In this document: in pieces, positions 29,301 through 39,666 of the stretch
Numbering within the stretch: the first letter of the stretch is position 1
Layout of the letters: the number at the start of each line of letters is the position of its first letter
Source of the DNA: Paraspadella gotoi
Lineage: Eukaryota; Animalia; Chaetognatha
Assembly: GCA_051294375.1 (NCBI GenBank)
Contig: JBJCIZ010000239.1
Span: forward strand, 2,679,476-2,743,475
DNA length: 64,000 nt
Reading direction: 5' to 3'
Notes under the pieces: generated by a model
What the model saw: only the letters and a program-made list of their open reading frames with translations
Database searches by the model: none
What the model was told of the DNA's origin: nothing
Program-made: the position numbers and the translations under genes

Positions 29301-29429
29301 CAAGAAACGTTGCTGAAAAAGCGCATCACTTCGCTTCGTCTTTGTCGTCATCGTTATCATTCCGAGTGTTTGAAGGACTATAAGGGCCAAGCATGCCCAC
29401 TCTGCCGCGCCCCGATGCAAGAAGATTAA
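26328..29429 (+). CDS. Intronless ~1030-aa putative E3 ligase: RPA1-N-like OB fold + ankyrin repeats + TTC3/DZIP3-like Cys/His domain + coiled coil + C-terminal RING-H2
   Basis: Long ORF (track 26220-29429; likely ATG 26328 after a poly-T/AG). LTEGVISNLL..LTISDG; NENGLTPFM..WLISKGADP..TCLHVAI; CRVIFHRSCW..CMTPDC; CCFCQE..CRHRYHSECL..CPLCR. Confidence 0.8.
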   Translation: MTLSHTLDMRRALTEGVISNLLDGDHDGSPFTVVILRVDDKESNEPEFENVTLVGDLTISDGKTYGCVNVSEEVGKMLKPYGGKLEPWNVIDVLEYSAEMYPGTKLFKGCQLVTLTKIRKTVFDEDFRHSMKLTLKTDFMGALSQKPYFNEDSLQRFPDENSCICPLDETCLVRAVFGHLRFNSGLCLHIISEAIDLNHIRDNFFFYDMSRSHDPIDIEWTEEKRALIAKLLVDARAKHDSNPLELRHHWEPQSLNANLTLLRILSLRECNENVLGQLYPVIEKELDDSAKANIRRHAYYKMAHYKKFRTVDFLKALRVPLVSSPKDAVNFFDDIQFDDCRFIEIVEADGFDLNSNHGPFRLLHSMAEMHFRECVEFLLNRGFDVESRNENGLTPFMTVVLSDYVNRLKRSEYSFKRLEFLRWLISKGADPLAVTPDQKTCLHVAIAERRENSISYLMTLGLVVVRRAKGKKPELVEIEEKMKKKTLNSLLKDERVFYWPNQCERCEQRCQIDCSLCIWCDKREKSRERKKVLPFKKRDVAEEAPRASVESEAQNLSTNSLDTPCVDYPLRSPPAPILCKFEFCCENDHVISKKDKNYFEAFCKDKCRVIFHRSCWNKFKGEVSTKNFLGANCMTPDCPSQIHVIHVLDLERNLKAQYSMEEREQKVKKQKRQKVDSIFEAKENQNQESKLKFKNQTESIDQNIREVEDRTSMPIENEMASLRISPAPKLTPDLIHLEEEYLIKLEKPHVDEENFMIKSSKKRKKKKKNARENLFQFNLFAESVSDGAGNGNEANENLDSLTLDAGGEISQSAPDPLIKEISYQTLFEQLANNGNRCTLATLQDKIQDWDPPLRQSLLTEGLKEALLSDSLGRFSLCIEDGVEMVCLKVKNETEIVEDEAILHDQLRGNVPCGERTEIEAKTQDDACQRCATLENRCNTMESRCVELENRCSSLESRYSALEERFVDLQTRLENWQEEDGRDNFRELCCFCQETLLKKRITSLRLCRHRYHSECLKDYKGQACPLCRAPMQED

Positions 29430-29745
29430 CTCCTCAATTTTATATCTCTGCTAATTTAATCGGTTTACACAGCGTGCCTTAACCAATTTCGAGATTATTT
29501 TAATATATTTTAATATATTGATGTATTTAATTTATTTTCCTTGTTCACTGAATGTTTGTTCGTTTTATTCCACTCGACAATTTTGTTACTATTACAAAAA
29601 TACTGTTTTTTTTTTATAGTTGGAACTTGTTGCATAATTGCACGATAATGTTGTATGTTTTATTTTAGGGCGGAATAGGAATAAATAACTTACACTCTCA
29701 ATTCTCATAATTTATTTTTTGAACTCTAATTAAACTTTGGTCGCG

Positions 29746-31539
29746 ATGGATGAAACGTACGACGCGATTGTTCTCGGCACCGGCCTCAAGGAATGCATCT
29801 TGAGCGGCCTTCTATCCGTCAGCGGGAAAAAGGTTCTCCACATGGATCGCAACAAGTATTACGGAGGCGCCTCCGCCTCCATCACGCCCTTAGACGAACT
29901 CTACAAGCTTTTCGACATGGGCAGCCCCCTCGCCTCCCTCGGCAGAGGTCGCGACTGGAACGTCGATCTCATACCTAAATTTCTAATGGCCAACGGTCAG
30001 TTGGTCAAGCTGCTCATCCACACTGGAGTCACGCGCTATTTGGAGTTCAAAGTGACCGAGGGAAGCTACGTTTACAAAGGTGAGACAATTTTGTGAGTGA
30101 AGTTTTGTGTTGGTCTGTCTGTTATACTATCATCATGATGACATAATCATTTTTATCATGACAAAGACATAATAATCACTAATGAGCCATTTTAAATTAT
30201 ACGCAGCAGATCGTTGGTAGACAAATGATGTATCTACAGACACTTTAAATTCTTGTATTTCAACTATTAATAAAAATAAATGGTTACTGATTGAGGTTAA
30301 TAGTTATTTGATAATAGTTTCCAAAAAAGGGAAAATATATGCAAATGAGGTTTTAAATGAGGCACGTAAGAAAAAAACAAAAGATCAATTCAATCCGTCG
30401 TGCAACTTTTCAGGGGGCAAGCTCTATAAAGTTCCCAGCGACGAAAAGGAGGCGATGGAATCGAACCTGATGGGGATTTTGGAAAAGCGTCGTTTCCACA
30501 AATTTCTCATGTGGGTCCAGAATTACGACGTGGACGACCCGAAGACCCACCAGGGCATCGACGCCTCTGAGGAGAGCATGGGAAAAGTCTACGACGCCTA
30601 CGACTTGGAACCGACGACGCGTGACTTCGTCGGCCACGCCGTCGCGCTCAATCCCGAGGACTCGTATCTCGATCGCCCCGCGCTCGAGACTGTGCGAAGA
30701 ATCAAGCTTTACTACGAGTCGTTGACCCGCTACGGAAAATCTCCTTACATCTACCCGCTCTACGGCCTCGGAGAATTGCCGCAAAGTTTCGCGCGCCTCA
30801 CCGCCATCTACGGCGGCACTTATATGCTGGACAAGCCCTGCGACGAGATTGTCTTCGAAGGCGGAAAGGTCGTCGGGGTCAGATCCCAGGGCGAGTTGGC
30901 CAAGACCAGCCTCGTTGTCTGCGATCCCTCCTACGCCGAGGATCGATGCAGAAGCGTGGGGAAAGTTGTGAGAGCCATCTGCATCATGAATCACCCCATT
31001 CCCGACACGGCTGATGCTAACTCGTGTCAGGTGCGGAACGAGTACGATTTTGTTATCTTGCTCGAAAAAGTTCATGTATTTATTTGTATTAGGCATAAGA
31101 TTTATTGTAATAGGACGGTTGCCATTACCTTTTTTTCATTTTGCACAAATAACGACCCCAGGTCATCATCCCCCAAAATCAAGTGGATCGCAAGCACGAC
31201 ATCTACGTTTGCTGCGTCTCAGACGCTCATTTAGTGGCATCCAAGGGTCACTATTTGGCTCTGGTGGCGACGACCGTGGAGACGAACCAACCGCTGGACG
31301 AGTTGCGTCCGGGGATCGAGATTTTGGGTCCCGTCCTGGAGAAGTTCGTCTCCGTGGAGGATCTGAAGGAACCCCTGGACGAGGGGCTCGATTCCCGGCT
31401 CTTCATCACCTCCACCTACGACGCATCCACGCACTTTGAAACCACCTGCGCCGACGTGCTCGCCATCTACGAGAGAATCGCCGGCGAACCCTTCGATTTT
31501 TCCAAAGTCAGTCGCGCGTGGGACGGAGACGATCAGTGA
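29746..31539 (+). CDS. GDI: Rab GDP dissociation inhibitor
   Basis: [64 protein letters not shown]. Exons 29746-30079, 30414-31030, 31162-31539. Confidence 0.97.
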
Positions 31540-32166
31540 GGGGGGGGAAAAAATGATAAAAGCATCGCAGCATCGCTCTAATTTTTATCTCAATGAAATT
31601 ATGGCGGGAATTTTAAAAAACGGCTTCGTTTGGGAAAATTGTCAACGTCTCATAAAAAATAGGAAGTTTTTTTCCAATATTTTTTATATATCAGTATAAT
31701 ACTATTAATAGATTTGAAACATTTCCTAGGCCAATTTTATTTACGATTGTGTTCGAAAGCGGTTGTCGCTGAGATTATATTTAATTTTTTTTTATCTCGA
31801 CAACTTGGGCATGCCCAGGCTTTGGAGATTTGGTTTACTATTGCTTCTATTGTCGTCACTCATTTCTACTATTGGGGAAAAAAATGTGAAAATTTAGATG
31901 AGTCATTTTTATCGCATCAATGAATGGCTATCATCTTTACATTTTTGCATTCGAAGTAAACCCTTATTCTAACCTATGTGCATTTGTACAATTGTACATG
32001 ACGACTAACGAGGTAGGCCAAAGAGTATAGTATAATGCATCTCCATTTGATATCGAGTGCTGAATCATTATGCTTTTGATTTTTTTTTTTATAAATTTAC
32101 TAAGGTAGTTATGTCGAGATCACTATACTTTAAAGATTTTTAGTTTTGCTTTCAGGCTAATCTTTT

Positions 32167-32403
32167 ATGTAGACTCACGAATGTATTTTTTAACGAGTTG
32201 TTACCATTTTACAATAGCAGAATGTTAAGTTAAAAAACGTTGGAAAACAAACTTTTACCGATTGCTAAATCCTGTTCAGTTTAATTAACTGGCACTATTT
32301 ACACAGACCCGCCTCATCTCGGTTGATATGCCGATTCTGGTCAGTTTTTTAGCCAATTTTATTCTCGTTTAAAGAAAATGTCGCCTTTTTCGTGAGTCTA
32401 TAT
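32167..32403. mobile_element. Possible degenerate MITE
   Basis: Short inverted termini TAGACTCACGAA / TTCGTGAGTCTA; internal CGGTTGATATGCC also at about 57114. Confidence 0.35.
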
Positions 32404-33075
32404 AGTTTTTTTTTGTGAGTCTATATAGTTTATTAATATTAAATATGGTATGTCGGTGATGGTGTTTTTTTATTTTTGTCTAATTAGTATTTTATACGAC
32501 TTTCTGTATTAGCAAAAAGCTTCTAGTCGCCGCTCCAAACCTTTCATCAGAGACCAGCGCAAATTTCTTCCCAGATTTATCTAATTTTTAACTCGACTTG
32601 GATTAATGAAGATTTTAAAATGTTTCAGTTGATGATTGATAAATTGAAAAAAAAATTAAACGAGTTACATTGATTATTAAATTATTAAATCATTAAACAA
32701 ATTATTAAAACTTAATATTTTGCGTTGTGCTCTGCTTACAATTAACAGCAAGAATTCATTCCTTGAATAACTATTATCAATCTATGTGATAAATCAGTTT
32801 TGGCTTCTTTTTGGTTCGCTTCTTCGTCTATTTTACTTTCAGCCATGTCAGTCAAGCTGATAATTATGAATTTTTATATTTTGCATTCTTTTTTTTTTTT
32901 TTATTTGAACCGCGATTATGTTCATTTTACGGACTTTTTTTGACTTCGCTAGCTCAACCATGACTTTTGACTATCGTTTTATTTATTTAATATTTATTTT
33001 TCGCTATTTATTCTGCAGATAAAAATAAACGATAAACTTTATATCTCGAAATCAAGATAAAAACGAATCCGGCTT

Positions 33076-33416
33076 ATGGAGCTCGGACAGGACAAAAATC
33101 TCGGCGCGATCACTTTGGCAGCAATTTCTCTCTTTTTCTCCTATTACTTCTTTTGGGTCCTCGTTTTGCCCTTCGCCGACGATGACAATTTTATACGCGG
33201 CTACTTTCCTCACAGGTTAATTTGTTTTACGCTCGCTTCACGGTCTCACGGGCGTCATTCACTCTCACCCTTTTCACCTCCGACCGCCGCAGGGCCTACG
33301 CGGTGATCATCCCAGCGACCGTCTTCGCCTTCGTCGCTTTAATTTTGCTTTTCACCCTCGGCCGAATCGCGTGGAAGGCCGAGAGCCCGTCCGCTCAAAA
33401 GCAAAAGACTCTTTGA
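33076..33416 (+). CDS. DPM2: Dolichol-phosphate mannosyltransferase regulatory subunit
   Basis: Two-TM small protein FSYYFFWVLVLPF.DDDNFIRGYFPHR/AYAVIIP; 2 exons. Confidence 0.85.
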
Positions 33417-33519
33417 GCTGAAAAAGGAGGAAAGTACGAAATCGTAAAAAAAAAAAGATCCAGAAAAAAAAACAAAGGATTGCGAATTAATCCTCTCCCG
33501 TTCCCGGCAAATATAGACG

Positions 33520-36067
33520 ATGTCTTCCTCCCGGTTGGAGGAAGAGTTTCAAGAGTTGGATCGACTCGCCGCGTGGCCCTTAGTTTTTCAGAAGCTGAGG
33601 AACGACTCTCTGGCCTTCCAAGCCGTCGAGGTCTCCGTCCAAGCAGCCAGGCATCCGCAAAACCGAAGCCTCAACCGGTATCGCGATGTCTCTCCCTACG
33701 ATCACAGCAGAGTTATCCTCCAAGGTTGGCAACGGAAAAAAAAAATGGCGCGGTAACTTTTATGCCATTTTTCGATACTAATGTAATAATCAAATATTAT
33801 TATTAATTATTATTCTTATTATTATCGTTATTATTCGCCACACGTCAAGATAATGCGAGTTCTTTTCTTCTTAACGAGCTGTATTTAATGCACATGCAAC
33901 AAAAAGTGTAAAAGTACTGTTTTAATAATTTTTTTTCAGAGGGGGGGGGGAAATCGTCGCCTCTTTTTTGCCTTTTGTTTCAACGTTTTCACTTTTTTTT
34001 TGTCCAGAGGGCGAAATCGACTACATCAACGCCTCGATCGTCGAGGGATGCGCCCTCGCCACGCCTGCACCATCCCCGTCCCACAGCCAAGAGAAGAAGG
34101 CCCCAGATTTGCAGAGCGCTATGGGCCCCTGTCACTACAGGCGGTACATCCTTACTCAGGGTCCTCTGCCCGCCACGGCCGGCCATTTTTGGCAAATGGT
34201 GTGGGAGCAGAGATCTTTAGCCATCGTCATGCTCAACAAAGGTAAGACGGTGAAAGGGTTTTTTCGAAATTATATCGGAATGATTTGCTTATTTTTGTAG
34301 CTTAATGTGTTCTCGTTAAAAAAATTCCGTAGTGATTGAGAAGGGCGCGATCAAGTGCACTCAATACTGGCCAATCAGCAAGCAGAACGGGGAGCTCGCC
34401 TCTTACCTTTTCGACGACACTGGATTCCGCGTGACGCTGTTGGAGGAAGAGGACGAGCATTACTTCGTTATTCGACGGTCAGAATTTTTTTTTTTTTTTC
34501 AAAACGCGGAGCGTCTTACCAAATCTGTGGTCGGGGTTTTTTGGACCCAAATGTTAAATTGCGACCAATACTTCCCTCTTCCCCTCTTCCAGACTTTTGT
34601 TGGAACACCTCCCCACTGGTTCCCACCGCGAGGTTCTTCATTTCCACTACACCACGTGGCCCGACTTCGGCGTTCCCGAGTCTCCTTCCGCCTTCCTCCA
34701 CTTTCTTCTCGCCGTCCGCGAATCCGGGGCCTTGGAACCGGAAGTGGGTCCTCCCATCGTTCACTGTAGCGCCGGGATCGGCCGGTGGGTTTATTAGGGT
34801 TTTATTAAGAGGGACCTTCGAAGGATCGCTAAGTTTACTTTGACAGACTTTGTCGCTGTGTTTATCGTTGTCCTTTCGAGTTGATAACTTTTTTTTAATA
34901 CGAAAGTACTAGACTCTCGGTTGCTGGATTCTTTTATCATGCAAAAAGCCATTTTCCAACGCCGTCTCATTGTCGCAGATCGGGAACCTTTTGCCTCGTC
35001 GATTCCGCACTTGTAGAGATCGAAAAGAAGAAATCGCTCGACGCCGTCGACGTCCAGAGCCTCTTGATGCACATGCGGACCTTCAGAATGGGTCTCATTC
35101 AAACCTTTGAACAATTGAGGTTAGGCGGAAACTGGGTCTTGATGATTTGTCACGGGTTAATGTCTTTTTATCATTCCCCCCCGGTGTCTCAGGTTTTCCT
35201 ATTTGGCCATCATTCACGGAGGCCACCGAATCTTGACGGGTCGCTTCACCCGGGATGATCTCCTCAAGGACGAAGACGTCGACGACGAAATCGAGGAGGA
35301 GACGTCGGAGGAAGAGGAGGAGGTCATCGACGTCCCGCCCCCTCTGCCCCCGACGAGGGTCGAGAGTCTCTCTCCCGCCTCGGAACGAAAGTTTTTGCAG
35401 CAGCAGGTGAGTTTGTGTGTGTTTTTTTTTTTAATAAAGTACAAATTTAAATTTATGATTCGCTGAAAATTTTTTTTATCGAACCTTCGATCAGTTGGCA
35501 GCAGCCGCGGAAAAACGACGCGAGGAAGATAACGTACCGGGCCCTTTGCCTTTGCCGAAAAAACAAAAGATGGCGTTGGGTAAGTGGCTTGTACACGTTT
35601 CTCTTGTTTCTGTTCGTTTGTGTGACCGCCTCTTTAATTTATAATTGAATGTCACGCCACAGACGTCAACAAAATGGCTCGACCGGGAAGCTCGGATACG
35701 CTCTCCATCGACGAAGGCTTCGTCGACGTACAGACTCCGGTCATGGATTCCGACGCCCAAACGCCGACGGGTATAAACTATAGAACATTGGGCCACCCCT
35801 TTGTCTTTATTGGCGCCCATCGCCACAGTTGTTCCGTTATCTTCGATTTCAAATCTCTTCTCAGTTTCCTTCGGTTCGAAGAGTCAACTCCGGCAGCGAC
35901 AAGCGACGAGTTTGGACGCGAATCCAGCGAAAAAGGAGGCGCGAGTTCCTCCTTCCCATGAAACGAGCGAAACATCGACTTTTGTGAATTCCATTTCTTG
36001 GAAATGGCTGGTTTTGCCGCCGGTTTTGATTCTCGGCTACCTCGTTTACAGATATTGTTCCAACTGA
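33520..36067 (+). CDS. PTPN1: Non-receptor tyrosine phosphatase PTP1B/TC-PTP (PTP61F) family with C-terminal hydrophobic anchor
   Basis: [53 protein letters not shown]; tail [23 protein letters not shown]1 versus PTPN2 cannot be resolved. Confidence 0.92.
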
Positions 36068-37785
36068 ACCTAGTGGTATCTCGTAATAGAGTTTCGAGAC
36101 GGCCAGTGACATACATATATCTCCGCACAGAGTCATTTTTTTTTCTTTAAAAAAACAACCCGGAGAAGCAATTTTCGGTTTTACGCTTTCCAGTGTTTTC
36201 GAGGGATTTGTCGTCTTTGTCATTTATTGTGACATTTAAAACAACTTATAATGTTAGATAATGGATCGGGTTTTTTTGGAATTTTAAAATTTAGTCTTTA
36301 ATGTTGGTTTATTGTATTTTAAATTTTTTGCTCTCAATTTGTTACAAGAAAGAATTCAAACAAGCTATTTTATTGACCGATGGATGCTCTCTCAATGTGA
36401 CATCTTCTTTCGTAGAATTCGTCACGAATAAAAGTATGATCGACATGAATTGAAAAGCGAAATGTGTATACAACCGAGTAAAATTTTGAGATTTAAATAG
36501 GGTATAATTGATTTAACCATAAAAATAAATGGTTTTGCTATATATACGTAAAGTTCATTAAGTGGGGCATAGCAGTCTTTTAAATCGGTCTCCTGTACTT
36601 TGATTAATATTAATTAGCATCTACATATTTGGTAGGAATCTTTTTTTTAATCGCAAAAAACTAGCAATCAAGCTTGATACTTATGTTTACAATTTTTATT
36701 CGTGACTGATTCGCTTTCTATTAAGTTTTTCATATAAATTATGAAAAAGGAAAAATAAAGTAAAACTTTAAGTTAACTATTTACCTCCACGTATTTCTGT
36801 TTTACCGAATAATTTGTTAGTTTGTTATAACACAGTCCTATATTTTTCTATTGAACTTAATAAGGAAATTATTTTATTATTCATATAAGCTAATAATAAT
36901 AAATAAAACCTACGTTTCATGGCTTCTAACGTTTGTTATTTTGATGAATTACGGGTAAGTACGAAAGTGATAGTTACGCCTCAGGAAAATAAACGTTTGT
37001 CCGGCGAATCTTTGTTTCACACATTTCTTCTTTTCCCATCTCTTTCCTCTCAATCACCGACGGGAGCTCAAAAGACCAAAATTCAAATCACAAGAAGTTT
37101 GAAAAATAAGTTAAACAATATCAATGCAATTGTTTTAACATTCATCCGATGTCGCCTGCTCTTCGACTCTAAAAGTTAATTTTTGATTTTTTTTGGAGGA
37201 AAACAGAAACGCGAAGTAAAAACAATGCAAAAAAAGAAAACAGAAGATGGAAAATAAAGTAAAGTTAGCGAGAATTTCAAGTTTGTCGCAGCGATTCGTG
37301 GGCACTACATAGAAACAGTCGGGTTGCCTGTGATGCCCAGCTGGGTGTGGCATCTCACCTGTTGGCGTTAGGGGCTTCTGACCCTCAGTGACGCCATCTA
37401 TTACTAGCGCGGTGTCGCTTGTGCCAACGGATAGGGAAGTCGTTAAGACTGTGGAGTGTGGATGGAACGCGTGGTTAGGATGATGGGTTCTCCCTCTGGG
37501 CCAATGGAATTGGCTGAATGAAGTTAGCTGAGGCACAGCCACAGCACCTTAGTTCGGGAAACGATTTCTGAATCCCAGTTCTTCGGATTCTATGGATGTT
37601 TTCAAATGTAACTTTCCCATAGAATTTGGATGCGATGTTTATTGCAGTATAAGTAACCAACTTGTTGAAGAAGGGGGCCTCTGCTGTAATTGAAAATTTT
37701 TTTTTTTTATCGAAAAAAGATAATACCTCCGAACCTTTTACGACACAAACGAAATTACAATGTTTTCTTTTCGCCAGAAAAAAAA

Positions 37786-39210
37786 ATGAAAGCCTTGCGC
37801 CATTTTTCCGGAAATAGCTCTAACGCTCTCAAGAACCCCAATAATTCTGTCAAAAAAAGTAGAAAAGTTTGTCAAAAAGTTTTGAATTACTTAGATTCCA
37901 AGTACGAATCATTGTACTCTCGGGAGTCGTGGCAAAGCGTCAGAGAACAGATGCTTCTTCCGGAAAAACCCTACTGCGCTTTTATTAACGCTTTTTCGCC
38001 CGAGGCCAGGGAAGCCGAATCGAGGTAGTTGTTTTTGATTCGTGGTCATTTTTTTTCGTTTGTATAGAAACGAAGATCATCAGGCTTCTACAGAAAATAA
38101 AAAAAAAAAAATTTCAAAATTCACGATTCCACAACGATCTTAGGCTCGTCTTCGAATCAAACGCAGAGCCAATGATGTTTTGGCCCCACAACAAACTCCA
38201 CTTTCCTCTTTACGTTCTTCCTCAAGGTACCTTTTTTAGATTAGCAGTTTTGAGTTTGTCGAATTGTAAGAAAAAAAACCCCTTCATAATAGGAAAAAAG
38301 TTTCCTCGTTTGAAACACTCGCCCCTTGAATTGAAGCCTTATTTCGCTCTCAACGCCGCCTCCATTCTTCCCGTCGACATTTTGATGTCCGCCATTTTGA
38401 AATCACCTCCCACCGACGTCTCGGTGCTGGATCTCTGCGCTGCGCCGGGCGGGAAGTCTCTGCTGCTTCTCAATTTCCTACTGCGTTACTCTCAATCCGA
38501 GTCCGAGACGATCGAAGTTGTCGTCGACGCCAATGAGGCGAAGGAGAAGAGGTTCCGTTTGATGTCGTTAATGTTCGAATCTCATTTAAAATTGACCGAA
38601 GCGAAAGAGATTAGAGACGTGAAAGCCGTGGAGGTGGCGCCGAACCTTTGGCTGCGATTGTCCAATAATGACGCGGCTGCCGCCGATTACCGGCCATCTA
38701 CTCGGTATTCCGCCGTCCTCGCCGACGTTCCCTGCTCCGCCGATCGGAGCTGGCTCTTCAACGATCCCTCTTTCTCTTCCATGAACCGGCGTTTAGCCGA
38801 AGCGCCGTTGTTGCCTCAACTTCACCTGCGAATCTTAAATAACGCGTTGCGCTCGGCGACGCCCGGCGGCGTTGTCATCTACTGCACATGCACTTTGGAT
38901 GCGGCGCAGAACCAGGACGTGGTTGCCATGAGCGACGCCCGGGACGATACTCGATTTCAGATTTTAGATTTGAGTCACGTCAAGGAAAATACGGGCGACG
39001 TTTTCGGGTTATTAAAACATTTGATTATTTTGACTAAGTTTGGTCGATTTCCATTAGAAGAACTAGAAGTATGATGTTGACATTGTCATATTAAGGTTCA
39101 TCGAAGATTCCGATTATCAGCGACGGGTCGAATCAAACGGAATTCTTGTCATCCCACAAAAAGGAAAAAGCTGGGGTCCAATGTTTATTAGCGCAATCCG
39201 AAAACTTTGA
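37786..39210 (+). CDS. NSUN3: Mitochondrial tRNA m5C methyltransferase NSUN3-like
   Basis: YFALNAASILPV, DLCAAPGGKS, DVPCSADRSWLF, YCTCTL, last exon GILVIPQKGKSWGPMFIS (closer to NSUN3 than NSUN4 by recall). Confidence 0.8.
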
Positions 39211-39666
39211 CCACATTAAAACTCCCGAGTGACGCTTATCGCTTTTATCCAACCCTTGTTGGATCATGATTGGTCGGTAAGATCTGAACGACTGCAAAAA
39301 GATCAAACAATTTCGCAAAATGGAGTTTTACCCCCAACAAAAAAAAAGTTTGAACCCAAGAAAAAGGAACGACAACAACTAACCGTAAAAAGGTTTAATT
39401 TAAAGCAGCTTTATTCTTGATAAAGACTCCTATTTCCGCTGTATGAAGCCGATAACTAAAATTGAAGTTACAAATATTGCAACGAGATATTACGAATCGT
39501 GGTGGATTAGTCCACAGATCCTCCTTTAACCTCAGTAATGTCACTAATTGTGAGCGTGAATTTGTTTAGTTCTGAATTCGAAAATCTTTCATTGCGTTTT
39601 TGCAAACTTTTTTAGTGCTGATTTACTTCTTTTCAGTTATAAAGGTCACGCGTTTTTGGTCGAACA

